From Azolla caroliniana (taxonomy: Eukaryota > Plantae > Polypodiophyta): a stretch of 64,000 nucleotides of DNA. The stretch spans positions 18,414,001 through 18,478,000 of the forward strand of contig JBHGNT010000003.1 in assembly GCA_043228905.1 (NCBI GenBank), written 5' to 3'. A program made the translations under genes and the position numbers. The notes under the pieces were generated by a model, which saw only the letters and a program-made list of their open reading frames with translations, did no database searches and was not told the origin of the DNA. Of the stretch, positions 1 to 12,600 are shown one piece after another (positions within the stretch are counted from its first letter, which is position 1; each line of letters opens with the position of its first letter).

Positions 1-204
1 ATATATATTATGTATCTCACTGATTAATTTAAACCCCTTTTGATGAACTCACGTGCTATCATACAAGTTTTGACAGTGAAGCCCCCGGGTATGACACATA
101 GTTAATGTGTAGAGAGTAGTGGTGTGACTCTTGACGTTTGAGTGATCAAAGATTCTCAAAAGGTGTGTTCACACTTTGCACTATGTTCAGCTTGATTCTC
201 AACA
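1..204 (-). mobile_element. Copia LTR fragment (5' end of an LTR on the minus strand; continues off the left edge of the window)
   Basis: Positions 91-204 (ATGACACATAGTTAATGTGTAGA...GCTTGATTCTCAACA) align by eye with 28885-28996, the end of the LTR of the Copia at 28544-31971. The fragment ends in CAACA (TGTTG on the minus strand). Confidence 0.75.
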
Positions 205-362
205 ATAACCTTAATTCAAGTGTTATTTTCTATTGTTTTAAGCATATATCAGCCAAACTACCTATTTAAAAAAGGGTACCAAAACTTTCAAAATTTAGCT
301 AATTTTTCTAAAAATGTCTAAATTGGACATCTAAATTGGGTTCTTGTCAATCATATGTCAAA

Positions 363-796
363 ATTTTCGATACGGCGTATCGAGTTCATGTTGAAAACCC
401 CAACTTCATACATGAACTTGATACACCATATCGAGTTCTTGTTTAGAGTGGGGGTTTTCAACATGAACTTGATATGTCATATCGAGTTCTTGTATGAAGT
501 TAGGCTTTTCAACAGAAACTCGAGACCCCTTATCGATTTCATGTTGAAAACCCCCACTTTAAACAAGAACTTGATACAGCGTATCGAGTTCATGTTGAAA
601 AGCCCAAGTTCATACATGAACTCGATACGCTGTATCGAGTTCCTGTTGAAAACCCCCACTTCATACAAGAACTCGATAAGCCATATCGAGTTCCTGTATG
701 AAGTTGGGCTTTTCAACAGAAACTCAATACGGAGCATCAAGTTCCCCTTGATAATAAAGGCCCTTAGAAGGGAACTCAATACCCTTCATCGAGTTC
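363..796. repeat. Array of nine 25-bp palindromes (GAACTCGATAC-NNN-GTATCGAGTTC) with 26-bp spacers, 51-bp period
   Basis: Palindromes start at 363, 414, 465, 516, 567, 618, 669, 720 and 772. Spacers 1-7 are variants of ATGTTGAAAACCCCCACTTCATACAA in forward or reverse-complement orientation; spacer 8 (27 bp) is unrelated. Confidence 0.95.
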
Positions 797-848
797 TATT
801 GATTGGAAATGATATAAAAAGAAATGTGTATGTACAGTTCGATTCTTA

Positions 849-869
849 CCCTAAACCCTAAACCCTAAA
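849..869 (+). repeat. (CCCTAAA)3 plant telomere-type repeat / telo-box cluster
   Basis: CCCTAAACCCTAAACCCTAAA is read directly. It lies between two copies of GATATAAAAAGAAATGTGT(A/C)TGTACAG at 811 and 871. Confidence 0.85.
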
Positions 870-1859
870 AGATATAAAAAGAAATGTGTCTGTACAGTGT
901 GTGCTTGTGTGCTTTGTTCTGCGTGTGTGTGATTGAGAAATGAGGGGGTCTTCCTATTTATAGGCATTGACCACTGTGGTTAAAGTAACCACAATTACTT
1001 TAACCATAGTTGGTTTCTTACAATGTCAGTTAGTTAGAAGTACACTTTATTTAGTGCATGATTATGAAGGTACCAATGATTTGGTATTGAAACGAATATA
1101 ATTATTACTCTCTAATGTACTTTAATTAAATGTTCATGAATATTTAAACCAACATATTGTTTATTGGATTTGATGGTCATGAATAAAACAATGATTGAGT
1201 AGTCTAACTATAATATTTATGACTCTCTAACGTGCATTCATGAATGAACCAATGATTGAATACTCAAAGCAAGATATTTATGATTTTGTATTATCTAATG
1301 AATGAACCAATGAATGTGCATTATATTAAATTATGCGGGCCATGAATTAACCACTGACTAGACATTTAAACCAACATATATATGAGTCTATAATGACTGT
1401 ATATATATACTATATGTATATAAAAATTGAATGGATATATAATATATGTATACTATATACTTAATGTTTAGGCCTACACGTGGAGATTTTTTTTTAAAAT
1501 GATCGATATTTCATTATTGTCCAAATGGTTGGGATTAAACCGGCATATTTATGCCTCCATATTTTTGGTAAGATTATACTTGATGGATAAAGTAAATTTA
1601 ATTTAAATTATATACTATAGGATTAATAAGGTATAAAATATAATTTATGGACTTTATATTGAATAAAATTAAGTATATAGTTATTAATATATTGAGACCA
1701 AAATTATTAAATTAAAAATAATATATTTCTTTATTGTATTATTATAATATTCATTAATATAGACATTATATTGAGAGAGCTTATGTTTAGAAATGAGCTT
1801 ATAATTTGTTATATTAGCCAAAGCACATAATGTTGAGAGCTTTGTGTGGACCTTAAGCC

Positions 1860-4691
1860 ATGAGTGAAGACTCACCTTTCTCGATTGAAAAATATTGTTT
1901 GTCATCAGACTCTTCATTTTCTATTGAATAGTATTGTTTGTTGATAGACTCACCGTTTTCTATCAAAGAGTATTGTCTGTCGATAGACTCACCGTTTTCT
2001 ATCGAAGAATATTGTCTGTCGACAAGCTCACCCATTTCTATCGAAGAATATTGTTTGTCGATAGGCTCACCCATTTCTATCAAAGAGTATTGTCTGAGCT
2101 CATCTTCACCTAAAACACATGTGAATAATGACACATCTGAAGAGTTCTCTATTGAAGAATACGATATTAATAAAGATATAGAGAATGAAGGTAGTGCTAA
2201 TGAAACATCAAATATCATGGGTGATGGTGACAACAATGAATTCGATTGTAACAAGGTTACCATAACTTCTATGCAGGAAGAGAAATCTGGAAGCCCTATG
2301 CATATTAGAAGAATCCCACGTTGAATTCGTATGGCCAAATTTAACTTGGTGACATCAGATAAGCAAATAAGATTTGATGTCAGCAAAATATGTTGCGCCC
2401 ATGGGTGTATGTCTATGATTGGAAAATCAAAGTTGCGAGAATTAAGGCGGCATTATTTCTCGATGATTGGTGATGAGCAAGACATTTACCTCGGCTCACA
2501 TATGCAACTGGTGTCCGACAAATCTACGGGGATCAAAGTATCATTCGAGTATTATATCTTCCATGCGCAACAAATCTGTAGAGTTGCCTTCAAAATTACA
2601 CTATGTGTTAGTAACATGCGGCTACATAGAGTACAACAACGTCTTCTTAACGGGGATCAGATGCTCAATTGTAAAGAGGTTCCAAGTATGAAAGCTGCAA
2701 TTGGAAGACATGCTATTGGTTGGATGAAAAATTACTTTCAGTTAAATTGTGAAGTAATGCCCACTACAGGCAGTATGCACCTCTCTGATAATTACACACG
2801 TCGGGAAGTTTATGATGTCTATCGATCAAATATGGTGGACTCAAGTAATAAATATGTCACATATAGCCAATTCACAAGATTGTGGAGAGCATGGTTTTCA
2901 AATGTTATTATTTCGCGTAAAGTACGCATGGGGTATTGCTCAATTTGTGCAAGTCTTAAAAGTTTGGCTAAAGGTGCAAAGACATCAATGGAAAAGGATA
3001 CGAGTAAGAAGTTACTACAGGAGCATCGTGAGGCACAATTGTCAGAAAGAAAGAAGGCGATTCATCATAGAGAGAAGTGTTTGAAGAGGCGTGAACAATA
3101 CATGTGCTTAATGATCGATGACATGGACTAGAAGAAGACATGCTTGCCGCATATGCGGAGGCTCCCCAAAGATATCAATGATGGGTGCCTTGTTCAGATG
3201 CACTTGGTGGGATGCTTGGCTTATAATATGTCAGTTGGACCTCACGTCTTCATTACATACCCCAATGTTCACAATGACCCTAACCTAACAGTTACAATGA
3301 TTCACCGAGTTTTGATGGCTTGGGGCCAACCATTCCCCCCTATTCTATACATTCAATTGAACAATACTGTTAGAGAGAACAAAAATTCAACTGTGTTTGG
3401 CTATCTAAGTATGTTGGTCAACCAAGGATTGTTTAGAAAAATGAAAATCAATTTTCTTTTAGTTGGCCACACACATCATCATATAGATAAGATGTTTAGC
3501 ACATTCTCTAGACAGTTGTCTCGGCATGATGCTTTCATATTACCAAAACTATTTGATGTCATTTGTGATGCATATACACCATGCCCAAAAGTGTTACACT
3601 TGAAGGAGGTATATGACTTTACAAGATATATATCAGATGGGGGTGTTGGGAATATTAAAGTGCTCACCTAGTTAAACAATATAAGCTTCAATCACATTTT
3701 TATGATAAAGAAAAATGAAATAAGTGGTTCTACGCTTTTGTATGCCAAACAATATTCATCTTCTACAAAATGGGAACATGAAGGTGGTTGCCAGTTCTTA
3801 CTTTGTATGCCGAGTACAATAGTCCATGGAGCTAAACAAATGCCAATTGAGAAGAAAGGACAGTTGCATAGTGACTTGGTATCGGAACAAAAACACTTAT
3901 GGCTCCAAGCCTTAACAAAAAAAAGAAAGCATATTGAGGCCGCAAAGAAATATGCCACACAACAAGACACATCATGGTGGGATGTATTTTTTAGTGATCA
4001 GAAAGGAATTATTGACAATTGTGTATCTAGTGATAATTGGATCTTGGAAACGCCATTCACATGGTCGCTACAACATGATCATGTAAATAAAACTCCGGAG
4101 CAACCAACAAATGCGATTAATGACAGTTTGGTCCATCCACAACAAAGAGACATTTATGTGGGACCAAGGATGACCAAAGCAGGTGAAGCTAGATGGCAAG
4201 GCAATTTGCAAGAGCTCGCGGCGGGGATGTTGATTGCAACACCTGTTGATGAGAACACACATGGCCACCAATTTTGGATTGGTAAAATTCTAGAAGTGCT
4301 AATGCATGAAATAGAAAACACTAGAAGTGAAAATGCTTTTACGGGTAAGTATACATTGGAGATGATTGAATGCCCAACCACAAGGGGAGGTAGGAAGAGG
4401 AAGTGAAACATTCGTAGCACCTCGACCCTTGATATCTCTAATATGGATATCATCGTGTACGACTTCATGCTTACAAAAGTTGGACATTTAAGGAAGTCAA
4501 CAATAGATATAATAAAAGAAAAATTACCAGGTCTACAAGGTGGCATGAGTCGAAGGCAAACGAGATCTGTTGCATATAATCTAGAGTCATACCATTTGGT
4601 TTATGATGAAGATAATGCATTGATTGGTACATCCAAGGATGACGAGGAAGAATCCTCATTGTATATTAGTTATAGTAGTGATTCTCCGTAA
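1860..4691 (+). pseudogene. Sola1-like/DUF7869-type transposase pseudogene (about 943 codons, 5 in-frame stops, no frameshift)
   Basis: ORFs starting at 1938, 2331, 3144, 3702 and 4443 share one frame with the ATG at 1860. Motifs are CLMIDDMD(Q)KKTCLPH, LYIQL(N)NTVRENKN, FLLVGHTHHHIDKMFS and CxxC (GYCSICASL). Stops occur at about 1929, 2322, 3129, 3669 and 4404. Confidence 0.8.
1869..2102 (+). repeat. 6 x 39-bp in-frame tandem repeat (13-aa unit DSPFSIEEYCLSI) at the transposase N-terminus
   Basis: Units start at 1869, 1908, 1947, 1986, 2025 and 2064. Confidence 0.9.
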
Positions 4692-5059
4692 AGGAGTGAT
4701 CATGAATGTATTTCTAGCTATTGAGTGTAACTACCTTCCACTTGTAACAAATCAAGTAATATAAAAGCATGTGTTTTGAATTCATTTGATTCCTATGAAT
4801 ATTGCTTCTTATAAAAAACATTGGTTGTAAAGTTTGTGAAATAAATTAAACCCTAAACGTTTTGAGATTCCTCCTTCTTCTTCTTTTTTTAAATCACGAA
4901 AATGGTGGATTTTAAACCTTTTTCATAGTATATTTGAGAATGTATGATAGTGGTATCAATGTGTTTTGTAATATCACTGAAAAAGTACTAAAATCAAACG
5001 GAATATTCCTTATCCTTCCATTTATGCGCGATCCTTCCACTTGTGAACGCGAACCTTCC

Positions 5060-5640
5060 ACTTGTAGAAGACATTTGACCGACCATTCCATGATTTTAAC
5101 CTTTGTCGATCGTCCCTCCTTTTCGGTCGACTGGTGCTTCGATCATTTCTTTTGGCTGGTTCACCCAATCAGATTAATTGAGTAGTGGGCTTCTGCCAAT
5201 TCGTCGATGGTGAGGCCCATCGATTTTCACCAAATGTCCTCAATGAGAACTTATCTGATTGCCTCATCCAAATTGAGATCTGGATAGCTATTGGTGAATG
5301 TTGTACAGAATACCTCCCAACTTGCCAGCAAGCTCAAAAAGAGGGCAAGGGCTTTAACTTTTTCTTCAAAATTAATCCCTTGAGAGGAGGGCTCAGACAA
5401 CACCCGACTAAAGGTGTTGATGTGGAAGGTAGCCGATCCTTCTCTCTCATCTTCATATTGAATAATTGTCGAATCAGTATGATCTTTGATGAGGAGGACT
5501 TTTTCTCGTATATGGCTTGAATTTTCTCCCACAAAGGGAATGTCTATGTCTCCTTTGCCGTGCTGAAATAGACGTTTTCGGCCAACTGCATTCTAATGGA
5601 TCTCCACTCCTCGGCTGACACTAAAGCAAGTTGAGCATTA
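5060..5640 (-). mobile_element. Copia gag fragment (degenerate)
   Basis: Frameshifted peptides WEKIQAIYEKKSSSSKIILIRQLFNMKMRE and HINTFSRVLSE..QGINFEEKVKALALFLSLLASWEVFCTT match the Copia gag (Retrotran_gag_2) pattern. Confidence 0.8.
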
Positions 5641-6626
5641 TGTCGTATGGCTCAATATCATCTTGTCGAATTGCATTAGCATAAGGCATATCATTACAAT
5701 TATCATCTCCAATACTTCATTGTCTTTTACCATCCCCTCTTGGAGTCACTACTAACTCAACCATGCATGAATCCTTAAAGGAATTCAAAGATGCATCCAT
5801 ATTCATCATTCATGACAACGCTAGCATCCATCTGACAAATAATATGATAGAGCTCAGTTACAAGTAATTTTGTTGGAGACGGGAAACAAAACAAGTGATC
5901 GTGAGATGCATACAACTTAATGACAATTTCGCGCATAATTTTCTAGAGAAACCACTAAATGAGACAGGTACAATTATTCTTTAGAAAGCTGTCTATGCAA
6001 GCTTCGAAATGAGCTAAATAACAAAGGAAATGGATATGGGGGGCAAAAAGATACATCAAAAAAGGGTGTTTGTCCATTTCCACCATATCTTTGTCTCTCT
6101 CTCTCTTCAATTATACGTCAACACATGACATTAAGATATATTAAAGTCAACCAATCATACATTACAATAATTGATGAGATGAAGACAAACCACTTTCTTC
6201 ACAATCAGTGATCATGTTCATTTGAAAACTTTTTAAAAACCCACCCTCCCCACAGAATTGATTATAGGGTTTGCTCTGGTTTGCGTGGCTGAAAACCCTA
6301 GAAAAAAGCTTCTCTAAGTTTAGTGGTGCAAAATCACATGTCCTAAAACTCAGAGCATGGCTCAAAATTTAGCACTTCCATTTTGCAAAGGGTAAATCCA
6401 AATTCTGGATACATACAAATAGCATCATCACCATCCAGACACAATTCTATTCTAATTTCAGATGGAGATTTAGTCTGTCCATCGTTCAATCTTTCTGTTT
6501 TCTGTTTTCTGTTTTCTGTTTTCTGTTTCTTGCATCTTCTTCCATGTATACTACATAGCTCAATCATCGCCTTTCTGGTTGTTCGCCATCGCCAACAGCC
6601 ACGTCCTTCATCTTGATCTCGCTCCA

Positions 6627-9600
6627 ATGACCTCTAATACTGGGGCTCCATGCCTGCCATTGGAGAAACCATACATTAGCAGAAGCCTCCATAGGCTCAT
6701 CTTCTTCCCCAAACACCTCCTTCAGATTACTTCAACAGCTATGGCTGCTCTTTTTGCCTTAGGTAGGGGAACCAGTCTCTAGCACAAAAGATCAAAGATT
6801 TTGTTCAATATATATATAGACTTTACACCCCATCCCTATTGGCTTTAATTCAGACACACCACACCACAATTTGATTGGGTTCATTATTAATTCGGATCCA
6901 ATTCTAATGTGTTCAAACTGAATGAATAGATCTGAATCTGAATCTATTGTGTTTGATCTGAGCCAATGCAATCTAATTGAATACCGACCTAATGAATCCC
7001 GTTCTGTTGTAAATTGGGAATTGCCATTCCATCTAATCCCATTCTGTTTTAAAATTCAGAATCCAATTCCCATTTCATTTTTCTTTTGGAGACCCAAACT
7101 AATTCTCATTCAACTCTTGCCCCCCGAAAAAAAATAAAAAATCTAGTAATCTTGAAACCCGAATTCGGATTCTGATTCGATCCATGCTGAACTCGGGATT
7201 TATTGGGGATTTCATTCCCAATTCAAGAATCCAAAATACAATTTATGTATCCAAATTATCCGATTTCTGTTCAGAGTATACTATGACCCCCGAAATATCG
7301 ACCCCCTAATGTTAAAAAATCCAATCATTCGGGCCGCAAACTAATGTTATATATCCAATCATTATCGGGAATGGAATTATTGAATTGGGACCGGACCGAT
7401 CTCTCATTCGATTGTTGTTGTTGTTTTTGTGTTTCCATGGGTAGCGGGGTTTTTTATCGGGGTTATCGCGGGGGCCTGTTATTCGGACGGGTCGGAGAGT
7501 AATGTGGTTTTTCGGGCAGGTCAAGGCGCGTATGCAGGAACCGTATTTGCCATCGGGCTCTCGTACCACTTGAAGCTCATCTCATCAACTACATTCACAA
7601 CAATGGTTAGTCTCACTCCATTTTAATGCTCTCCTTATAATCTCCATCACTCTAACTCTAACTAGTTTGATTTCAATCTTGTTCCATTTTGCCTCTTGTT
7701 CCATTATATAGACTAAGTTTCATGTGGACTACCACTCATATGGGTTCTCTACATTGTACTCTACCACTCATTAGTTCCACCTTGGCTTATCCCACATTAC
7801 GATTTTCGTGTACTTCACCACTCATCACTTGAACTGAACCCAACATTAGTTGTTATCATATCATCTACCATGAGTTAGAATCATGCCGTCTATCGCTCGA
7901 TACTCTCATCCCGTCAACAAATGGTTATATAGTTTATTGGTTCAATTTCATTTGGACTATCAACACAAGTTAGTTAAAATCATATTACCGCACTAGTAAC
8001 TTTCAAGCGAACTAACGCACTCACTAGTTTTGTATGGACTATCACACTAGCTAGCTTCTTGAAGGTGATTCATTTTCATCACCAATTAGTTTTGTCATAG
8101 ACTCTTACATGACCAAACTTTTTTCTTATCTTTTGGTGGCTAACTATTTATTTGATTCATTTCCATCACCTTCGGCTTAAGAATCAATCGGGTAGTTTCT
8201 CATAATAATTGGCAACAATTCAATTTGCTTCAGAAACTCAAACTCGAAACATTTTAAAACTTAAAACTCAACCTAACTGAACCACAAAATCTTAAACCTG
8301 CAAAATTGTTGCAATTGAAAGCATTTGATGCATTCTCAAGCTTGAACCAAACAATTCAAGAGATATACAAACTATTAAGTTGTTAAGCCATGGTTCTATT
8401 AATTCAAACCAAATCATTGCCGATCATGCCAATATTTATTAGGCTAATCAAGTGTTTGTTTGCCCTTGTTCTTAATACCTATGTTTTGGTTTACAAAATC
8501 AATTGATTCATTTCCCTTATCCATAAACCCAGAACTTCAAAGTAGCGCATCTTCGTCACCTACTCATGATGATGTCCCATCATCTATAACCACCACAATA
8601 GCAGACATTCCAATGTCTCTCCAAAATGCTTGCCTTACCAATGCCTCAAATATTGTTATGCACAGATAATATAGGTGAGGGTAGGTCATTAAAATTCACA
8701 AAACACACGTAAAGGTTACATCCACTAATGTTACAAAGGGACTAATGTGAATGGCTAGAAGTACTGATAGTACATGCACAATTATGATCTAGATAAGCAA
8801 TAAATGGAGAGTCTTTTAGAAAAGCACATCTATTCAAGGGGCCTAGGAAGACATATAAATATGACTATGTCTTGATCATAGCTTAGGCATGGTCGGGAGG
8901 ATCAGGTTCTTCTATCCAATCTATTCACCTTTCATTTACTTTTATTTGGTCTATTGATTAATAATTATAGACTCGTCTACAATTGATTTCAGCCCCTTCT
9001 TTGCTAAAAAGTAAGCTTTTCTAGGTTACTGTTCAACTAGTGATTTTGGGAATATAGCACTACGAAGTAAGCTTTTGAGGTGTAGAGAGTTCCCTAATTC
9101 TCAATTCTTGCCTCTTCATTTTATGTGGTAAATGATCAAGGTCACCTATTAGGCGTCAATGAAACATGACATGTTGTTATAGTCTTGGGCGACATCATCG
9201 AGTTATATGGAATCAAGTCATAGAATTAGTACTTTCCTTAGTACCTATGCCCCCTCTAGACGCAGATCACAAGATTCAAGACTGGATGTTTCAAAAAGGG
9301 AATATTGTTATTCAAAAAGGCATTACCTACAACAACTGTTTATGAAATAACACAAGAACTTTATTCAACAATGCACTTTCATATTCATGACATAGACACA
9401 TCGTAAGATCCTATTGACCTATATATATATATATATATATATATATTCTCAATTGAATTTAGTGATGTAATTGTGTTTAACTATTGTTTAATTCAATTAT
9501 GAATTGGAGTTTGCCAATAGAAAATAGCAAAACCCCAGGATCATAGAATTTGTCGAAAGACTGCAATGTTGATTTGGCATCCAATTCCATGTCATGCACA

Positions 9601-12600
9601 TCCTCATCAATACATTATTTTGGTTCATTCTCATTCTCTTTGCATTGTTTTGAGCCCATAAATGAGTCCAATTAGAATCATGGTTCTAACCATCATCTAC
9701 ATCTATTACATCAACACATATCCCTTTTCCCATGAGTTTCCTCAACACTCTTAGGCCTTATGGAGCTCCCCAATTCTTCACTTAAAACTACTATATTCTA
9801 GCACAATATTACTCTTGTTTGGAGCCATTGTTTCCATATTAGTGTCCCCAACTAATTGTGGGACATATTAATGTTTCCATATTTATATGCAAATATTACT
9901 CTTTTTATGAATCCATGTTTATGTCCTCTATCCTTGATGTAATATTGAACCAATATAAAAGAATTTTTCTTGGAATAAGAGATAAAACAAGAACTGGTTC
10001 CTCTTTCTCTCTCCATGTATATACCATATATATATATATATATATATGGATATATACCTAGATTTAATCCAATGGGGAAGAAAGATCTAATTTGTAGCCA
10101 AGTAAGGTGATTTGCCTCTCTCTCACACACGCACATGCACGCACGTACACACATACACTTTAAAACGATATCTATTTATCTCAACTTATGTGCAACCTAC
10201 TTACAACAAAACACATATATCTCAATTTCATTGCATGAGCACTACCATCTAGTTAATACATCTTCCTTCTATCACTAGTTAATATGACTTTGGTCCCTTT
10301 CACCACCCTTATCATCTAATCCCCTATTTGTTACTTTATTGATTAGTCTCATATTTCTACAACTAATTCACCACATGAACACTATTCCCACAATATAAAC
10401 AAAATGAACAACTAGGATCTCCTTTTTCACCAATGGATTGTTTGTTATTTAATTTGTTTCAACAAATGTTACCTTTTTCTTTTTTCTTTTTTCCCCAAAA
10501 AACTACTTCCATTAGTTATAAAATTTTACAAATGAGACTATTATGTACAAATCCCCATAGGGACGCGATAGTTCCATCTTATGTGGATGCCCATTGACTC
10601 AAGAAAGGGAGAGGACGACCATTGTTGGATGAAGGCTATTCGTTGTCTTTCAACTCCATCGGAGCCACCCTTGAGGCCATTATATTGGCTCTTTAGAGTG
10701 GCTACAATTTCACTCCATATCTCTTGCAGTAACCTTGTTGGATGCGGGGTTTGGTTGGAGAAGACCCATCTATACTATTGTTTCCATAAAATCCAAAGAG
10801 CTATTGAGCTAACCAATTCCACCACAACTTGAGATTAGTCATTAAGAGGAGTTGAGTGGACATTGCTGTTGGTGGAGAAAAAAACCTCTTGTGCTTTTAT
10901 CACCAAAGTCATCCCCTCCTCTTGATGCTCGTATCTACCAACTGGGTTCTGCCATGATAGACAACATATATTTCCCCACTTGATTGAGCCTTGCACCTGT
11001 CATAATTGCAACAAGCGGCCAACCCCCCGCCATATTCGATGGGACGCTGGGTTGTCCCACAGAGCGTGTCCTATTGATTCTACTGCATTTGGGCACTCTA
11101 CACAATTAGGAGAGTTAAGGTTCCCACGTTGCCATGCTCCCACCGGTAGTGACTTATGTATTAATATTCATTGGAACATGGTAATTCGCCTCGCGTGTTT
11201 TTATTTCCAGATTTTCTACCAAAACTTGGTGATAATTGTGTGAGGAACTTGAAATGTGTGCCAAACCTTTGCAGCAGCCGGCTCTCGAGCGGTTTGAGCA
11301 GTTAGAATGTGGTGACCCAATCTAGTTGTGAATTGGAAGAAATGGATGGGTTTGCTTCCTTGCCCCACATAAGGATCACGCCATGTCCATTGCAAAACAT
11401 ATGTGTCAATCTGGTTGTACTTTGATCGGATCAAGATCTACAATCCATTTATGACCAGTATGCGCGAGTACTCGAATTGCGTTATTCTGTGTTGGTGTCT
11501 TAGTGTCTCGCAATTCAGAGCCTTCGATCCTATCTGGTGTTTCCCTACCTCTTAGGATCAAAGATCCCTTCTCTCATAGTCCAGCCGCCCTTGATTTCAT
11601 GGAGTATGTTGGCTTGATATTGTAGTAGTAGTTACTAGTGACATAAACTGTCTCCAACATTCTATACTTTTTCCATGACCTTCTGCAATGTATCCCCATG
11701 ACAACCCCTTACGTGATCCCAGTAGTTGACTAGATTCATCCTTGATACATGGGTTCCATAGGATACGTTGACTGGGCCATGTAGGTTCAGAACTCGGTTG
11801 ATCGCACTTGAGCCCTTGTTTAATGTCACACCATGCCTTCCACATGGATGCACTGAATCTATCCTCCAATTGGCGGGAGAAACTAGGTTTGAGATCCATG
11901 TTTAGAATCCATCCCGTTTGGGGGGCCCAATTGACCCTTTTGCATGGCCTAAAGTAAGCGAAAAGTAACCGTAGTAGCATTTTCCAACAGTCATTTCCTA
12001 GTTGGAGTCCTCGCACCACAAATTTGGCAAGTAAGGCTTTTGATTGTGAAAGGGGATCAATTAGACCCAATCCCCCTCTCGACTTAGGTGTCGTGAGTGT
12101 AGGCCACGCCACCTTGGTGCGAGTTACATGAACTGCCTTACCAGACCAAATGTAGTTGCGTACCAGTCGTTGAATTTGATGTATACTTTCCTTGGAGATT
12201 GTCCAACATGATAGACTATACCATGTTGTTGCGAGTAGTACCAACTTTTGTCGAACTCCAATGGGTGCAATCATAGTCTCCGACGGTATTTGGAAACCCA
12301 AATATTTGGTGCTCCTCCTTGATTGATCCATTTGAAAGCGGGATGTGGGTGCCACGCAGGATGTGTTTCATGAGAAAGCCATATTGCACAGGATTTGTGC
12401 TAATTGATCATGCCATTGGAGCTCTTGCAAAATATGGCTAACCCACTTTCTAGCTTTTGGAGGTTTTCCAAGTCCCCTTGCAGGTAGAGCGTTGTGTCAT
12501 CTGCAAAAATGTATATCCAGGATGCTTTGGTGAGAATGAGGTACGGGAAGACCACGTAGGTTGAGATGCCGCAAGTTAAGAAAGCAAGAGAGTGCTTTGG

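Larger units (their letters stand above)
205..5054 (+). mobile_element. Sola1-like (DUF7869-type) DDD DNA transposon, decayed; left end not resolved
   Basis: Contains the transposase-like frame at 1860-4691 and the palindrome array at 363-796. The right end (...GGAATATTCCTTATCCTTCCA...CCTTCCACTTGTGAACGCGAAC, 5054) is defined by where similarity to the second copy (12695 onward, minus strand) stops. Superfamily assignment rests on motif recall. Confidence 0.7.

Noticed and set aside
363-796. CRISPR array (25-bp palindromic repeat, 26-bp spacers)
   Set aside because: The spacers are homologous to one another, there are no cas genes, and the context is a eukaryotic transposon.
355-861. 168-aa and antisense 100-aa ORFs with 17-aa periodicity
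   Set aside because: By-products of the 51-bp palindromic array, which is open on both strands; no independent coding evidence.
1853-2386. 177-aa minus-strand ORF
   Set aside because: Antisense shadow of the 39-bp repeat region of the transposase frame.
6860-7330. MITE-like GAATC/GATTC-rich segment in RING gene intron 1
   Set aside because: No clear TIR or TSD could be identified.
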